This document shows, in pieces, positions 7,087 through 16,185 of a stretch of 26,775 nucleotides of DNA. The stretch covers positions 1 to 26,775 of the forward strand of contig DAOWIM010000082.1 of NCBI GenBank assembly GCA_030640905.1. Reading direction: 5' to 3'. Numbering within the stretch: position 1 is the stretch's first letter; each line of letters begins with the position of its first letter. Source of the stretch: a bacterium (GTDB taxonomy: Bacteria > Zixibacteria > MSB-5A5 > GN15 > FEB-12). The position numbers and the translations under genes are program-made. The notes beneath the pieces were generated by a model. It was not told the DNA's origin, ran no database searches, and saw only the letters and a list, made by a program, of their open reading frames with translations.

Positions 7087-8325
7087 CTACTCATTATCAA
7101 AGCGCTTCCGGGACGGTCGCGGAATTACAACAACCCTCTCCCCTCTCTTGATGTACTCTTCCAACTGGTCCCTTTGCTCATCAGTCAGGCGTCCGGTGAG
7201 ATAGACCTTCTTCATAAACTCGTTGCCGTTTAGTTCGAAAAACAGGTCCATCCCTTCCCAACCGTTAACCAATGCGTTCAGATCAGCATGCGCCTTTTGG
7301 TCTGCCGTCCGGGTAACTAGTTTCTCTTCCCGACTAATCCTGACATCAACCCGCCCCGACTTTGCAAAGAATTTCGACATATTCAACTCGCGGGCCAATT
7401 CAACCAGGTCCTCCTTGAGCGATCGTTTCTCAGCTTCGAACTCTTTGATTTTCAAGTGAACACCGATCATCGCCTCAGCCTTCTCAGCCGCTCTTTCCTC
7501 CGGCGTGCTGCCATCACTATCCTCTTTTTCCAACACCTCCATCGCAAAACGATGCCGCCGCGCCGGACAAAGCTCCTCGTAGTTACAGTAGGCGCAGAGA
7601 GCGCTCTCAGTCGGCGGGAAATTGTCGTTGCGTTCCGCCGCAACTATTGCCGCAAGCGTCAGACGAACCTGCTCGGTCAACTCATCAAGTTCATCAGGCG
7701 ACATCCGACAGGCAACTTCTTCATCCTGCCGCAAGTAGATCTGTACTAAATCGATGTCGTGAAACTGCGGATAGGCATCCTGTACCGCCAACTGATACAA
7801 ACCCATTTGAAAACGAAAATCCAAGTCGTGCGTTTGCAGCATGTGCTGGCCGGTCTTGTAATCACAAATCTCAAGCGACCCATCGTCCTTCTTGGAAAGA
7901 CGATCAATCTTGGCACTAATAACAAACGGCGTTTCTGGCAGAGTAAACTTAAGCGACAACTCCGAGCCGAGGATAACTCCATGCTTGAACGGTTTGTACT
8001 TGTGATAATGGCGGACCAACACCTCACGCCCGATGCGGATAAAGTCGTCTACCGTGTAGTGCTCCGATGGCAGGACCAGTGACTCCGGATCAACCTTGTC
8101 CCATTCTTTCTGGTAGAATTCAACGACATCATTCTCCGGCCAGACCACACCATCGGCACCCATCTTGTACAGGTGTCTCAGAGCTTTGTGAACAGCCGTA
8201 CCCAGAAACGCCTGAGGGCTCACTTTCCGACGCACAACCGGCTTCTCAATATACTGGAATTTAAACTGACGCGGGCAATTGCGATATGTGCCCAGCGAAC
8301 TGTGACTAAACGATTTCGGTAACAT
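7087..8325 (-). CDS. PD-(D/E)XK nuclease, RecB/AddB/Cas4-like, with 4-Cys Fe-S motif and C-terminal helical extension
   Basis: FSHSSLGTYRNCPRQF, GTAVHKAL, KIDRL...ICDYKTG, QMGLY, CAYCNYEELCP; SD AAGGGGGG upstream. Confidence 0.9.
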   Translation of the reverse strand: MLPKSFSHSSLGTYRNCPRQFKFQYIEKPVVRRKVSPQAFLGTAVHKALRHLYKMGADGVVWPENDVVEFYQKEWDKVDPESLVLPSEHYTVDDFIRIGREVLVRHYHKYKPFKHGVILGSELSLKFTLPETPFVISAKIDRLSKKDDGSLEICDYKTGQHMLQTHDLDFRFQMGLYQLAVQDAYPQFHDIDLVQIYLRQDEEVACRMSPDELDELTEQVRLTLAAIVAAERNDNFPPTESALCAYCNYEELCPARRHRFAMEVLEKEDSDGSTPEERAAEKAEAMIGVHLKIKEFEAEKRSLKEDLVELARELNMSKFFAKSGRVDVRISREEKLVTRTADQKAHADLNALVNGWEGMDLFFELNGNEFMKKVYLTGRLTDEQRDQLEEYIKRGERVVVIPRPSRKRFDNE

Positions 8326-8385
8326 CTTCCCCCCTTAGCAACGACAGGTTAACATCGGTAAGACGACAGCAGATCGCACAGCCGA

Positions 8386-9390
8386 CTATTTCTTTAGATA
8401 GTGATTAATAAACTCCCTGACAAAACCGAAACCCAGCCCAAAATGAATGGTCGGGTATACCAACGGCCCAAACAGGATACACCCCATCTGTCCTTTGGCC
8501 AATCCCAGGAAGAGCGAAAAGAGCAAGACGAGCAGCAAGTACAGAGCAACCAGATTCTTAAAAAAACCAAACACCGCCGCCGAGAGAAAAGAGAGCACCA
8601 GCAGAACGGCAAATACCGCCAGAGCTATTCCCGCCAACCATTGAATCGGCGATGCCAGATTATGCTTTCGGGCAAACCGAAAACGACCCGTTCCGTACCG
8701 TACCATTTGCTTCCATAACCCGCCCAGCGTCGCACGAGGATAATAATAGACACGCAACTGCGGAGACAACACAGCCTTCAGACCAGCCTGCCTGACACGG
8801 TAATTGAAATCAACATCCTCGCAGACATCAAACTTCTCATCGAAATAACCAACCTGATCAAAAACAGAACGGTCGTATATCGCGCCTGACGATGTCGGAT
8901 CAACTTCGCCCTCAAAATCCGAATAGATGTCAGACGACGGGTTATGGCCGATAGCCGAAGCTCGGCACAGCGCCACCGCACTCTGAAATTCAGAAATATC
9001 GGGTGGCATCATCGGTTGCGCCCGGCACAGACATTTCGCGCCCGTTGATTCAAACAGATCAATCGTAGCCCGCAGCAGATTCTTGCCGGGGATATGAGAG
9101 TGACCATCAATCACCAGAACGTACCGCGCCGTTGAGTTTCGCACGGCAATGTTGCGCCCGGACGAGGACAACCGTGCCGGATTGTCCAGCACCTTCAGAG
9201 ATCCAAAACGGTCTTTGTATGACTCCGCTATCTCTCTGGTATGATCAGTGGAACCACCATCGGCCACCACTACTTCGACCCGAGACATCGGGAAATCCTG
9301 CATATATATCTGATCGAGAGTGCGGCCGATATATTTCTCCTCGTTGAGAACCGGCATCACCACCGCAATATCAAATTTGGAGTCAGTCAT
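8386..9390 (-). CDS. Glycosyltransferase family 2 (ExoA-like) with C-terminal TM helices
   Basis: VVMPVLNEEKYI, VADGGSTD, IDGHS (DxH), VCEDVDFNYR; hydrophobic C-terminus. Confidence 0.92.
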   Translation of the reverse strand: MTDSKFDIAVVMPVLNEEKYIGRTLDQIYMQDFPMSRVEVVVADGGSTDHTREIAESYKDRFGSLKVLDNPARLSSSGRNIAVRNSTARYVLVIDGHSHIPGKNLLRATIDLFESTGAKCLCRAQPMMPPDISEFQSAVALCRASAIGHNPSSDIYSDFEGEVDPTSSGAIYDRSVFDQVGYFDEKFDVCEDVDFNYRVRQAGLKAVLSPQLRVYYYPRATLGGLWKQMVRYGTGRFRFARKHNLASPIQWLAGIALAVFAVLLVLSFLSAAVFGFFKNLVALYLLLVLLFSLFLGLAKGQMGCILFGPLVYPTIHFGLGFGFVREFINHYLKK

Positions 9391-9587
9391 ATTGATCGAT
9401 TCAGCTTATCCTATTTACGCCGGAACAGCAACCAACACACCGCCAACCGGCCAGCTCTTTCGCCATTTCTTACCGATTTGATGATACCGTTGCAAGAGCT
9501 CGACCTCAATATAAAAAATCAGGTGCAACCGAAGTTGTGACACCTCTGAAAACACACATAACGAAATGAAAAATGACGTGGGTACAG

Positions 9588-10721
9588 TTAGCGAAGTTCG
9601 CGGTACAGTGTTTGCCAATCATTGCAAACGCCGGAAGCTGCGTGCCTCTCAGCCGTTGCCAGCGCCGCCTCAGAGAGAGACGATACCAGTTCGGGAGTTT
9701 CGATCAGTTCGATAATCCGATCAGCTATTCCCGAAAAATCGTTCACCCGCGCCAGCAAACCGTTCTGTCGATCCTTGATAATTTCCCCGACACCACCGGT
9801 ATCGGTAGCAACAATCGGCAAACCGGCCGATAGCGCCCGCCATATCGCCGCAGGGATAGAGTCGTGCACCGAGGCGCTCAAAAACAGATCGGCTCGCATG
9901 ATCAGACGGTCAATCTCCGATGAACAAGCTGCCGTTTCAAAAGTGATCCCAAGAATCTTCTCACGGCTCACCAGATTCTGCAAGTATTCCCGACGGGTAC
10001 CATCGCCCGCAATAACCATCTCCGCCCGCGGAAATTTCTGCTTAACCAGTTTAAAAGCCCGTATCGCCGCCACATATCCCGCCTGTCGCTCCAGGGGACG
10101 AACCATCACGATACGAGGCTGCAACTGCAAAACCGGCTTCGGCTCGGCTATCCTCCCGGCAATACCTCCAGGCATAACCTCAGAGTCGAACCGATATCCA
10201 GACAAAACCGTTCTGAGGTAATAACTGGAAACCACAACCCTATCACAGAGACGGAGGATCGGTCGGTAAATCTCGTGTGAACGCTCAAGGTCCAGCTCGG
10301 CCATACTATCGGAATAGCTCAGGATAACCTTTTTGCCAAAAAACTTTGCGAGAATAATCGCCGGGGCAGCGTGCAGCAGAAACAAACGGCCCGAAAAATG
10401 AAAGACATGCACAATATCGTGCCGGGGAATTGCTGTCAGCAAAGTCCTAATTCTGGCCATTTTCTCACCAAAAGCTGACAAAAAACCAATCGGGCGGGGT
10501 TGGTGCCTCAAACTGGTAACAGCATCACACGTAGATTGAGCAGCCGATGGCAAATTGGCCGAAAACTGTTGAAATTGATCAGCTTCAGCTGGATCGGGGA
10601 TTACCCGTGGGGCCAGCAGCAAAACCCGAACAGACTCCCGCGCCAATTCCGCGCCGGGCGTCACTTCAGCCGTTAGTACTCTAATGCTCGATACCGTCAA
10701 ATCAGTCTCCGAAATGCTCAC
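9588..10721 (-). CDS. Glycosyltransferase family 4 (GT-B fold), possibly degenerate; start uncertain
   Basis: HDIVHVF, IAGDG, ADLFLSAS, GLPIVATDTGGVGEII, NGLL. Confidence 0.85.
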   Translation of the reverse strand: MSISETDLTVSSIRVLTAEVTPGAELARESVRVLLLAPRVIPDPAEADQFQQFSANLPSAAQSTCDAVTSLRHQPRPIGFLSAFGEKMARIRTLLTAIPRHDIVHVFHFSGRLFLLHAAPAIILAKFFGKKVILSYSDSMAELDLERSHEIYRPILRLCDRVVVSSYYLRTVLSGYRFDSEVMPGGIAGRIAEPKPVLQLQPRIVMVRPLERQAGYVAAIRAFKLVKQKFPRAEMVIAGDGTRREYLQNLVSREKILGITFETAACSSEIDRLIMRADLFLSASVHDSIPAAIWRALSAGLPIVATDTGGVGEIIKDRQNGLLARVNDFSGIADRIIELIETPELVSSLSEAALATAERHAASGVCNDWQTLYRELR

Positions 10722-10858
10722 GTCAGCCGAACCACCATTTGTCCAGCTATTTCCTTTTACTCCTGAGCACCCGATTAGTTTGGACTATTCGGCAGGCAGA
10801 TCCCTGTCAAAAACAAATTTATATTGCGCCCTGCGCCCATATTATTGTTCTTTCCTTG

Positions 10859-12589
10859 ATGGATCAACAGGTTATCGGCGGTTACAAGATCCTCAAGCCT
10901 ATCGGCGCAGGAGGCATGGCCAAAGTTTATCTGGCTGTCCACGAAGATGTCCCCAATTTGCAGGTAATTCTCAAGGTCCTCACCGACAGCCGCCTGGTCG
11001 AGCGTTTCAAACAGGAAGCCGACAAACTGGCCCTGCTGGACGGCAACCCCAACATCTGCCGGATAAAACACTTCTTCCATCACGGTGACAATATCGTCAT
11101 CGCCATGGAGTACATCGACGGAATCACGCTGGACGACCGGATCAAAGATGACGGCAAAGTTGAGACAGGTGAGACTCTGAAGATAGTGCTTGATGTCCTC
11201 GGCGTCATCGAATTTGCTCATCAGAAGGGGATATATCACCGCGATATCAAACCAAGCAACATAATGATCGATAAGCATGGTACCGTCAAGGTCATCGACT
11301 TTGGTATCGCCAAGGCAGAATCGGACCCAAACCTCACTCAGGCCGGATCGGCTTGCGGTACTCCCGCCTATATGGCCCCGGAGCAGTTCACTCCCTCCGA
11401 AGACACCAATTATGCCGCGATTGACATCTATGCGGTCGGTGTGACGCTCTACCGCGCTCTCACCGGTGAACTCCCTTTCAAGGGTGACAACGAGTTTGCT
11501 ATTCGCGACGCCAAACTTTTCACCGACCCGCCCCGTGCCCGAGAACTGAACCCACAAATTGATCGGAAGCTGGACGACCTTATCATGCGCTGTATGAAAA
11601 AAGACCCAGTTGACCGATTCTCAACTGCAAGCGAGTTAATAGCCGCTCTGCATGCTGTTTCTCCTAAGATGGCCGCCAGCGAGACACCGACACGGACGAT
11701 ATCTCAAACGCCTCAGAAAAAATTCCCAATCAAAATTGTCGCCGGTGCTGCCGGTGTTGTTGCCGCAGCGGTGATCGGTTTCATCCTGATTTCCGGTAGC
11801 GAAAACGTCCCGCTCGTCCCGCAATTGACCCAGCCGACCGATGGCTCCACGCTTGAGGTACCATCACCAACCCTCAGCTGGACCGGTGTGACCAAAGATG
11901 ATGAGACGTACACTCTGGAGTATGCCAACAACCCCGACTTTTTCATCTCGGAGATCGTAACCGACCTGACAACCGCCAGCCATGCCATTGGCGAGGGACT
12001 CGAAAGCGATAGCTACTGGTGGCGTGTCCAGACTGTAAACTCAGAGGGCGATTCCAGCGGTTACGGACCACCCTTCACTTTCACAGTCGAGTTGCCGACT
12101 CCGCTCACACCGCAGGGAACAATTGAGATTGCCGTTGATCCCGATGGTGATATCTATCTCGGCGATGAACTAATCGCGCAAAACAGCTCAGGCACATCGG
12201 TTACCGTCGATACTGGCACCTACTCGGTCCGGGTCCGCAACAATCGAGCGACCAGAAAAGAAATGAACCGCGAAGTATATGTAGCCACCGACACAAACAT
12301 AACTTTGAACTACCGATTCAACTTCCCCGCCGCAACAAAACCAGCCGAGCCGAAACCGGCCCCAACATTAGGTGAAGTCAAAGTTGGATCCAAGCCAATC
12401 AACGGCGCGGATATTTATATCGATGGTGAGCTTCAGGACCGCAAAACCCCCAGCGCTTTTCAGGTAACGCCGGGACGACACGTCATCAGGGGAATATTGA
12501 ACTTCGACGGTGCCTTGCGTATAAGAATAGACACTGTCAGCGTGATTGCGGGAGATTCGCACCGTATCATTCTCGATTTTGATAAATAG
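10859..12589 (+). CDS. Membrane-anchored Hanks-type Ser/Thr protein kinase with periplasmic Ig/FN3-like and PEGA-like domains (ATG 10859 preferred over 10739)
   Basis: IGAGGMAKVY, HRDIKPSN, DFG, GTPAYMAPE, DIYAVG; TM IVAGAAGVVAAAVIGFILI; PTLSW...YWWRVQ segment; PEGA-like GADIYIDG...KTP...VTPGRH. Confidence 0.93.
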   Translation: MDQQVIGGYKILKPIGAGGMAKVYLAVHEDVPNLQVILKVLTDSRLVERFKQEADKLALLDGNPNICRIKHFFHHGDNIVIAMEYIDGITLDDRIKDDGKVETGETLKIVLDVLGVIEFAHQKGIYHRDIKPSNIMIDKHGTVKVIDFGIAKAESDPNLTQAGSACGTPAYMAPEQFTPSEDTNYAAIDIYAVGVTLYRALTGELPFKGDNEFAIRDAKLFTDPPRARELNPQIDRKLDDLIMRCMKKDPVDRFSTASELIAALHAVSPKMAASETPTRTISQTPQKKFPIKIVAGAAGVVAAAVIGFILISGSENVPLVPQLTQPTDGSTLEVPSPTLSWTGVTKDDETYTLEYANNPDFFISEIVTDLTTASHAIGEGLESDSYWWRVQTVNSEGDSSGYGPPFTFTVELPTPLTPQGTIEIAVDPDGDIYLGDELIAQNSSGTSVTVDTGTYSVRVRNNRATRKEMNREVYVATDTNITLNYRFNFPAATKPAEPKPAPTLGEVKVGSKPINGADIYIDGELQDRKTPSAFQVTPGRHVIRGILNFDGALRIRIDTVSVIAGDSHRIILDFDK

Positions 12590-12664
12590 TGGCCGCTGGC
12601 CCAGTTTTTATGTAAAATAGATAGATACGTTGTACTTTGATTCTTCAAAATGAAAGGAATAAAG

Positions 12665-13714
12665 ATGAATAAGCTAACCTGCAGATGTTCTCGTCTGCTC
12701 ATGACGCTTGTCCTCGCCGCCGTTGTGCTGACCGCAGGCGCCGGTGTCCACGCCAATGAGGGGACAGTAGCCGACAAGCTGGCGGAAGCCCTCAATTACT
12801 ACAGCGAGCTGGAATTCGAAAAGAGCATCCAGATCGCCGAGGGTCTACTCGGTCGCGACGATCTCACCTCCCGTGACAGTATCGCCATTTTCGAAACCCT
12901 CAGTATTGTCACCTACGCCAAGGGTGAGGGCTTCCTGAAAAAGGCGGTCAACTACCTTGAGCAGATATCAACTGTCGGCCCTTGTGTCAGCCGCCTGCCG
13001 CAGGAGATGTGGCCACAGGAACTGAGAGACAAATGGTACAATATCCTCAAAGGCAAGAATCAACTGACCTGCGACGAAGACGGCCCCGATGGAATCAAAA
13101 CAATCGCCATCCTTGAGTTCGACAACTACTCGGTCGGCGAATATCAGGAAAAGCTGGGCGCACTCGGTAAAGGCCTGGCCGATTTCTTTGAACATGATTT
13201 TTCCAAGCTCAGCGACCTGCGCGTAGTCGAGCGTGACAAGATCGACTTTATCTTAAAAGAGATCGCAATGGTCCAAGCCGGTAAGGTTGACAAGGCAACA
13301 GCGGTCAAAGTCGGCAAGATTGTCGGCGCCCAACTGATGGTCTTCGGCAGCATCACCCAGCTTGACAGCAAGAACGCCCGCATGGTTGTTCGTGTGGTCA
13401 ATGTCGAAACCTCGGAGATCATGGCCTCGGTTGACAAAGAAGGCAAACCGGAATTCTCCAAGATGGAGAAAGAACTGGTTAAGGAAATCGCCGAATTGCT
13501 CGATCTGGAACTCAGCGATGACATCATGAAGGCGATTGATCAGGGCGGAACGACATCACTGGACGCCACCTCCTACTATTCGCTCGGACTGGAATACATG
13601 GATCGTTACGATTACAAGAATGCTTATGCCAGCTTCAAGAAAGCATATGAAATGGACTCAAGCTTTGTTGAAGCCAAGCGCAAAATGGATGTTTACCGCC
13701 CGCTGGTAGGATAG
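12665..13714 (+). CDS. Secreted CsgG/HfaB-family domain protein with TPR-like helices
   Basis: Signal peptide; IAILEFDN...LRVVERDKIDFILKEI...VGKIVGAQLMVFGSI is the CsgG/FlgO/HfaB pattern; AAAGGA upstream of ATG 12665. Confidence 0.85.
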   Translation: MNKLTCRCSRLLMTLVLAAVVLTAGAGVHANEGTVADKLAEALNYYSELEFEKSIQIAEGLLGRDDLTSRDSIAIFETLSIVTYAKGEGFLKKAVNYLEQISTVGPCVSRLPQEMWPQELRDKWYNILKGKNQLTCDEDGPDGIKTIAILEFDNYSVGEYQEKLGALGKGLADFFEHDFSKLSDLRVVERDKIDFILKEIAMVQAGKVDKATAVKVGKIVGAQLMVFGSITQLDSKNARMVVRVVNVETSEIMASVDKEGKPEFSKMEKELVKEIAELLDLELSDDIMKAIDQGGTTSLDATSYYSLGLEYMDRYDYKNAYASFKKAYEMDSSFVEAKRKMDVYRPLVG

Positions 13715-13737
13715 CCCGACAGCGAGAAAGGTCTGGT

Positions 13738-15036
13738 ATGACAAATAGGATTCTAATCTTACCACTGCTCTTGCTGGTCGCCTGTTCGCAGAGTTTCTAT
13801 GGTCAGGGCAAGAAACTGGCCGGTCAGGAACGGTACGAAGAAGCGATTGAGAATTTCTACAAAGAAATCTCGGCTAATCCACAGAGCGCAGATGCCTGGC
13901 GCGAACTGGGGATTGCCTACTACAAGAGTGGTGACATGCAGAAGGCCACAGAGTCACTGCAACAGGCTCAGGCCATCGCCCCCGGAGCTCGAGCCTATTT
14001 GTTCCTTGGCTTGATCGCGGAGAACGGCGAGGACTACCAGGGCGCAATCGACGCCTATGCCAACGCGCTCCAGTTGAACCCATCCGGAAAAACGAAAAAC
14101 ACAATCCGGGCTCATCTTGATCGATTGATACACCACAAGATCGCAAAAGAAGTTGCCGCTGCTCTGGAAAATGAGTCAACGATAGACGCCGAATCGGTTC
14201 CGGAAAACAGCGTGGCCGTTGTCAATTTTGATGGCTCCAATCTCGACCCCGAGTTTGCCCCAATAGCGATTGGATTGGCCGAATTTGCATCGGCTGATCT
14301 GGCCAAAGTCAAATCGCTCAACGTTGTCGAAAGACTGAAGATCGACATCATCATGGAAGAGTTAAAACTCGGCCAGCAAGGGTTCGTCGATCCGACTACA
14401 GCACCACGGGTCGGACGCCTTCTGGGAGCACGCAAAATTGTTACCGGTTCGATTGTCGGTATTGGCGGTGATAATTTCCGACTTGATGGCGCTCTGATCA
14501 ATACTTTCGACAGCACCACACGGTTTGCCGAACCTGCCGAAGGTGATATTCGGAAATTGTTCGAAGTCGAGAAGAAACTCGTCTTCTCATTGATTACCGA
14601 ACTCGGCGTTAAGCTGACCGCCGAGGAACGCGATGCCATAAGAGAAGTGCCAACCGAATCATATCTGGCGTTTCTTTCCTACTGTCGCGGCCTCGACTAC
14701 CAGCGTCGCGGTATGACCCAGCCAGCCGAACAGGAGTTCAACAACGCTCTGAGTTTCGACGCCAACTTCGGCGCAGCAGATCGCGCTCTTCAAAAAGCAG
14801 CCGCCGGTGACATGGCTGCCGGATACGGCCAATCGGTCCAGACCGTCGAAGCGCTGGCTCTTTCCAGCCAACAACTCGAAGCGGTGGTTGGTGGTCTCGA
14901 TGAAACATTATCCAACGTCGTGCTCAACACCGGCGTGATCCCCGCCAAATGGGGTCGCAACCCGGCCAGATTGCAACCTCGACTGACCGGTTCCGGTTCA
15001 GTTCTAATCAGGGTGGACTTTAACTATGCCGACTAA
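13738..15036 (+). CDS. TPR + CsgG/HfaB-family lipoprotein
   Basis: Lipobox LLLVAC; TPRs (AWRELGIAYYKSGDMQKA, AYLFLGLIAENGEDYQGA); VAVVNFD...LNVVERLKID...VGRLLGARKIVTGSI. Confidence 0.87.
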   Translation: MTNRILILPLLLLVACSQSFYGQGKKLAGQERYEEAIENFYKEISANPQSADAWRELGIAYYKSGDMQKATESLQQAQAIAPGARAYLFLGLIAENGEDYQGAIDAYANALQLNPSGKTKNTIRAHLDRLIHHKIAKEVAAALENESTIDAESVPENSVAVVNFDGSNLDPEFAPIAIGLAEFASADLAKVKSLNVVERLKIDIIMEELKLGQQGFVDPTTAPRVGRLLGARKIVTGSIVGIGGDNFRLDGALINTFDSTTRFAEPAEGDIRKLFEVEKKLVFSLITELGVKLTAEERDAIREVPTESYLAFLSYCRGLDYQRRGMTQPAEQEFNNALSFDANFGAADRALQKAAAGDMAAGYGQSVQTVEALALSSQQLEAVVGGLDETLSNVVLNTGVIPAKWGRNPARLQPRLTGSGSVLIRVDFNYAD

Positions 15037-16174
15037 TAGAAAATTCTGGTGCGTCCTCCTGCTGGGGCTTCTGCTGTTGGCGTCATCGGTCTCCGGTCAG
15101 ATTGTTTTTGGCCAGAAGACCTGGGGCAGCCCACAGTTTGTCTACACCCACTGGACGGTCACGCACGATGATCTGGAATTGACAATCAATCAATCGCACA
15201 TGCCGTTGACTGGTTTCGTTCCACTCAAAGACAATCTCGAACTCCAATTCTATGTTGCCAATTCATCAAGCTCGCTTGAGTTTGGCGACTATGATATCAG
15301 CGTTTCCGGACTGAGCGACACCCGTCTGCAAATTAGTCAGTCTCTCAGCGACGATCAGATCGTCATCAGCGGCGGCATGAATCTTCCGACCGGCAAGAAG
15401 AAACTTGGCTATTCCGATGAATGGGCCGTTATCGAACTTCTGGCGCAGGACTTTCTTGACGTACCTTCCAGAAAGTACGGCGAAGGACTCGGCCTCAGCG
15501 CTCTGGTCGGTATTGCCCGCGACATCGGTGGCATGCAGGTCGGCGGCGGGATCAGTTTCCAGTTCAACGGCAAGTATGAACCTTACGAGGAAGCCGGAAA
15601 CTACGATCCCGGCGACATGATCGGCATCAACGCCGGCGGTGAGCTACAGCGCGGCCCCATCAAATGGTCGGCCAATCTCGCCTACACGATGTTTACAGCA
15701 GACAAACTCGAAGACAAGAAAACGCTCAAACAAGGTTCGCAGTTGGCCGTTGGGTTGGGAGTCGTTCATGAAACCGAAACTCGCGCCATCGGCGGCAGCC
15801 TCAGCTATCTCATACGCGACCGCAACGAAACATATGACTCCGACGAATCTGTACTCAGTTGCTTAAAATCGTACGGTAACGAGTTGGTTGTCAACGGATT
15901 TGCAACACTGCAACCAGCGGCGGGCTGGACAGTCACACCTTCGGCCAGTCTTCAAAAACTGGCAGCAAGAGAATCCAGTTTCCGAATCGCCACCATAATC
16001 GAGGATGACTTCGGAGCCGGGTCGATTCTTGGTGCCGGATGCGGGATTAATCGCGAGATCACTCCGCAGATCGATGCCGGTCTTGGTTTCAGATATTTCA
16101 CCGGCAGCACTGATGGCGGCGACATTGACTTAAGCGGCTATCAAATTGGCCTTAGCCTTTCGGCAACGTTGTAG
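15026..16174 (+). CDS. Putative outer-membrane beta-barrel protein
   Basis: Signal peptide; alternating amphipathic strands rich in G/Y/F (GMQVGGGISFQF, IDAGLGFRYF, GYQIGLSLSATL); overlaps the upstream gene by 11 nt. Confidence 0.7.
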   Translation: MPTNRKFWCVLLLGLLLLASSVSGQIVFGQKTWGSPQFVYTHWTVTHDDLELTINQSHMPLTGFVPLKDNLELQFYVANSSSSLEFGDYDISVSGLSDTRLQISQSLSDDQIVISGGMNLPTGKKKLGYSDEWAVIELLAQDFLDVPSRKYGEGLGLSALVGIARDIGGMQVGGGISFQFNGKYEPYEEAGNYDPGDMIGINAGGELQRGPIKWSANLAYTMFTADKLEDKKTLKQGSQLAVGLGVVHETETRAIGGSLSYLIRDRNETYDSDESVLSCLKSYGNELVVNGFATLQPAAGWTVTPSASLQKLAARESSFRIATIIEDDFGAGSILGAGCGINREITPQIDAGLGFRYFTGSTDGGDIDLSGYQIGLSLSATL

Positions 16175-16185
16175 GAGGTTTGAAG

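Noticed and set aside
7087-8325. CRISPR-Cas locus (cas4)
   Set aside because: No direct-repeat/spacer array and no other cas gene were seen in the window.
9490-9506. Minus-strand sigma-54 site AGGTCGAGCTCTTGCAA upstream of the GT2 gene
   Set aside because: GG-N10-GC spacing and TTGCA are correct, but the -24 box is poor (GGTCGA) and no matching TGT-N11-ACA site was found. Too weak to call.
10739-10858. 40-aa N-terminal extension of the kinase in the ORF track
   Set aside because: It lies in the divergent promoter region and does not look protein-like. The kinase domain begins right after ATG 10859.
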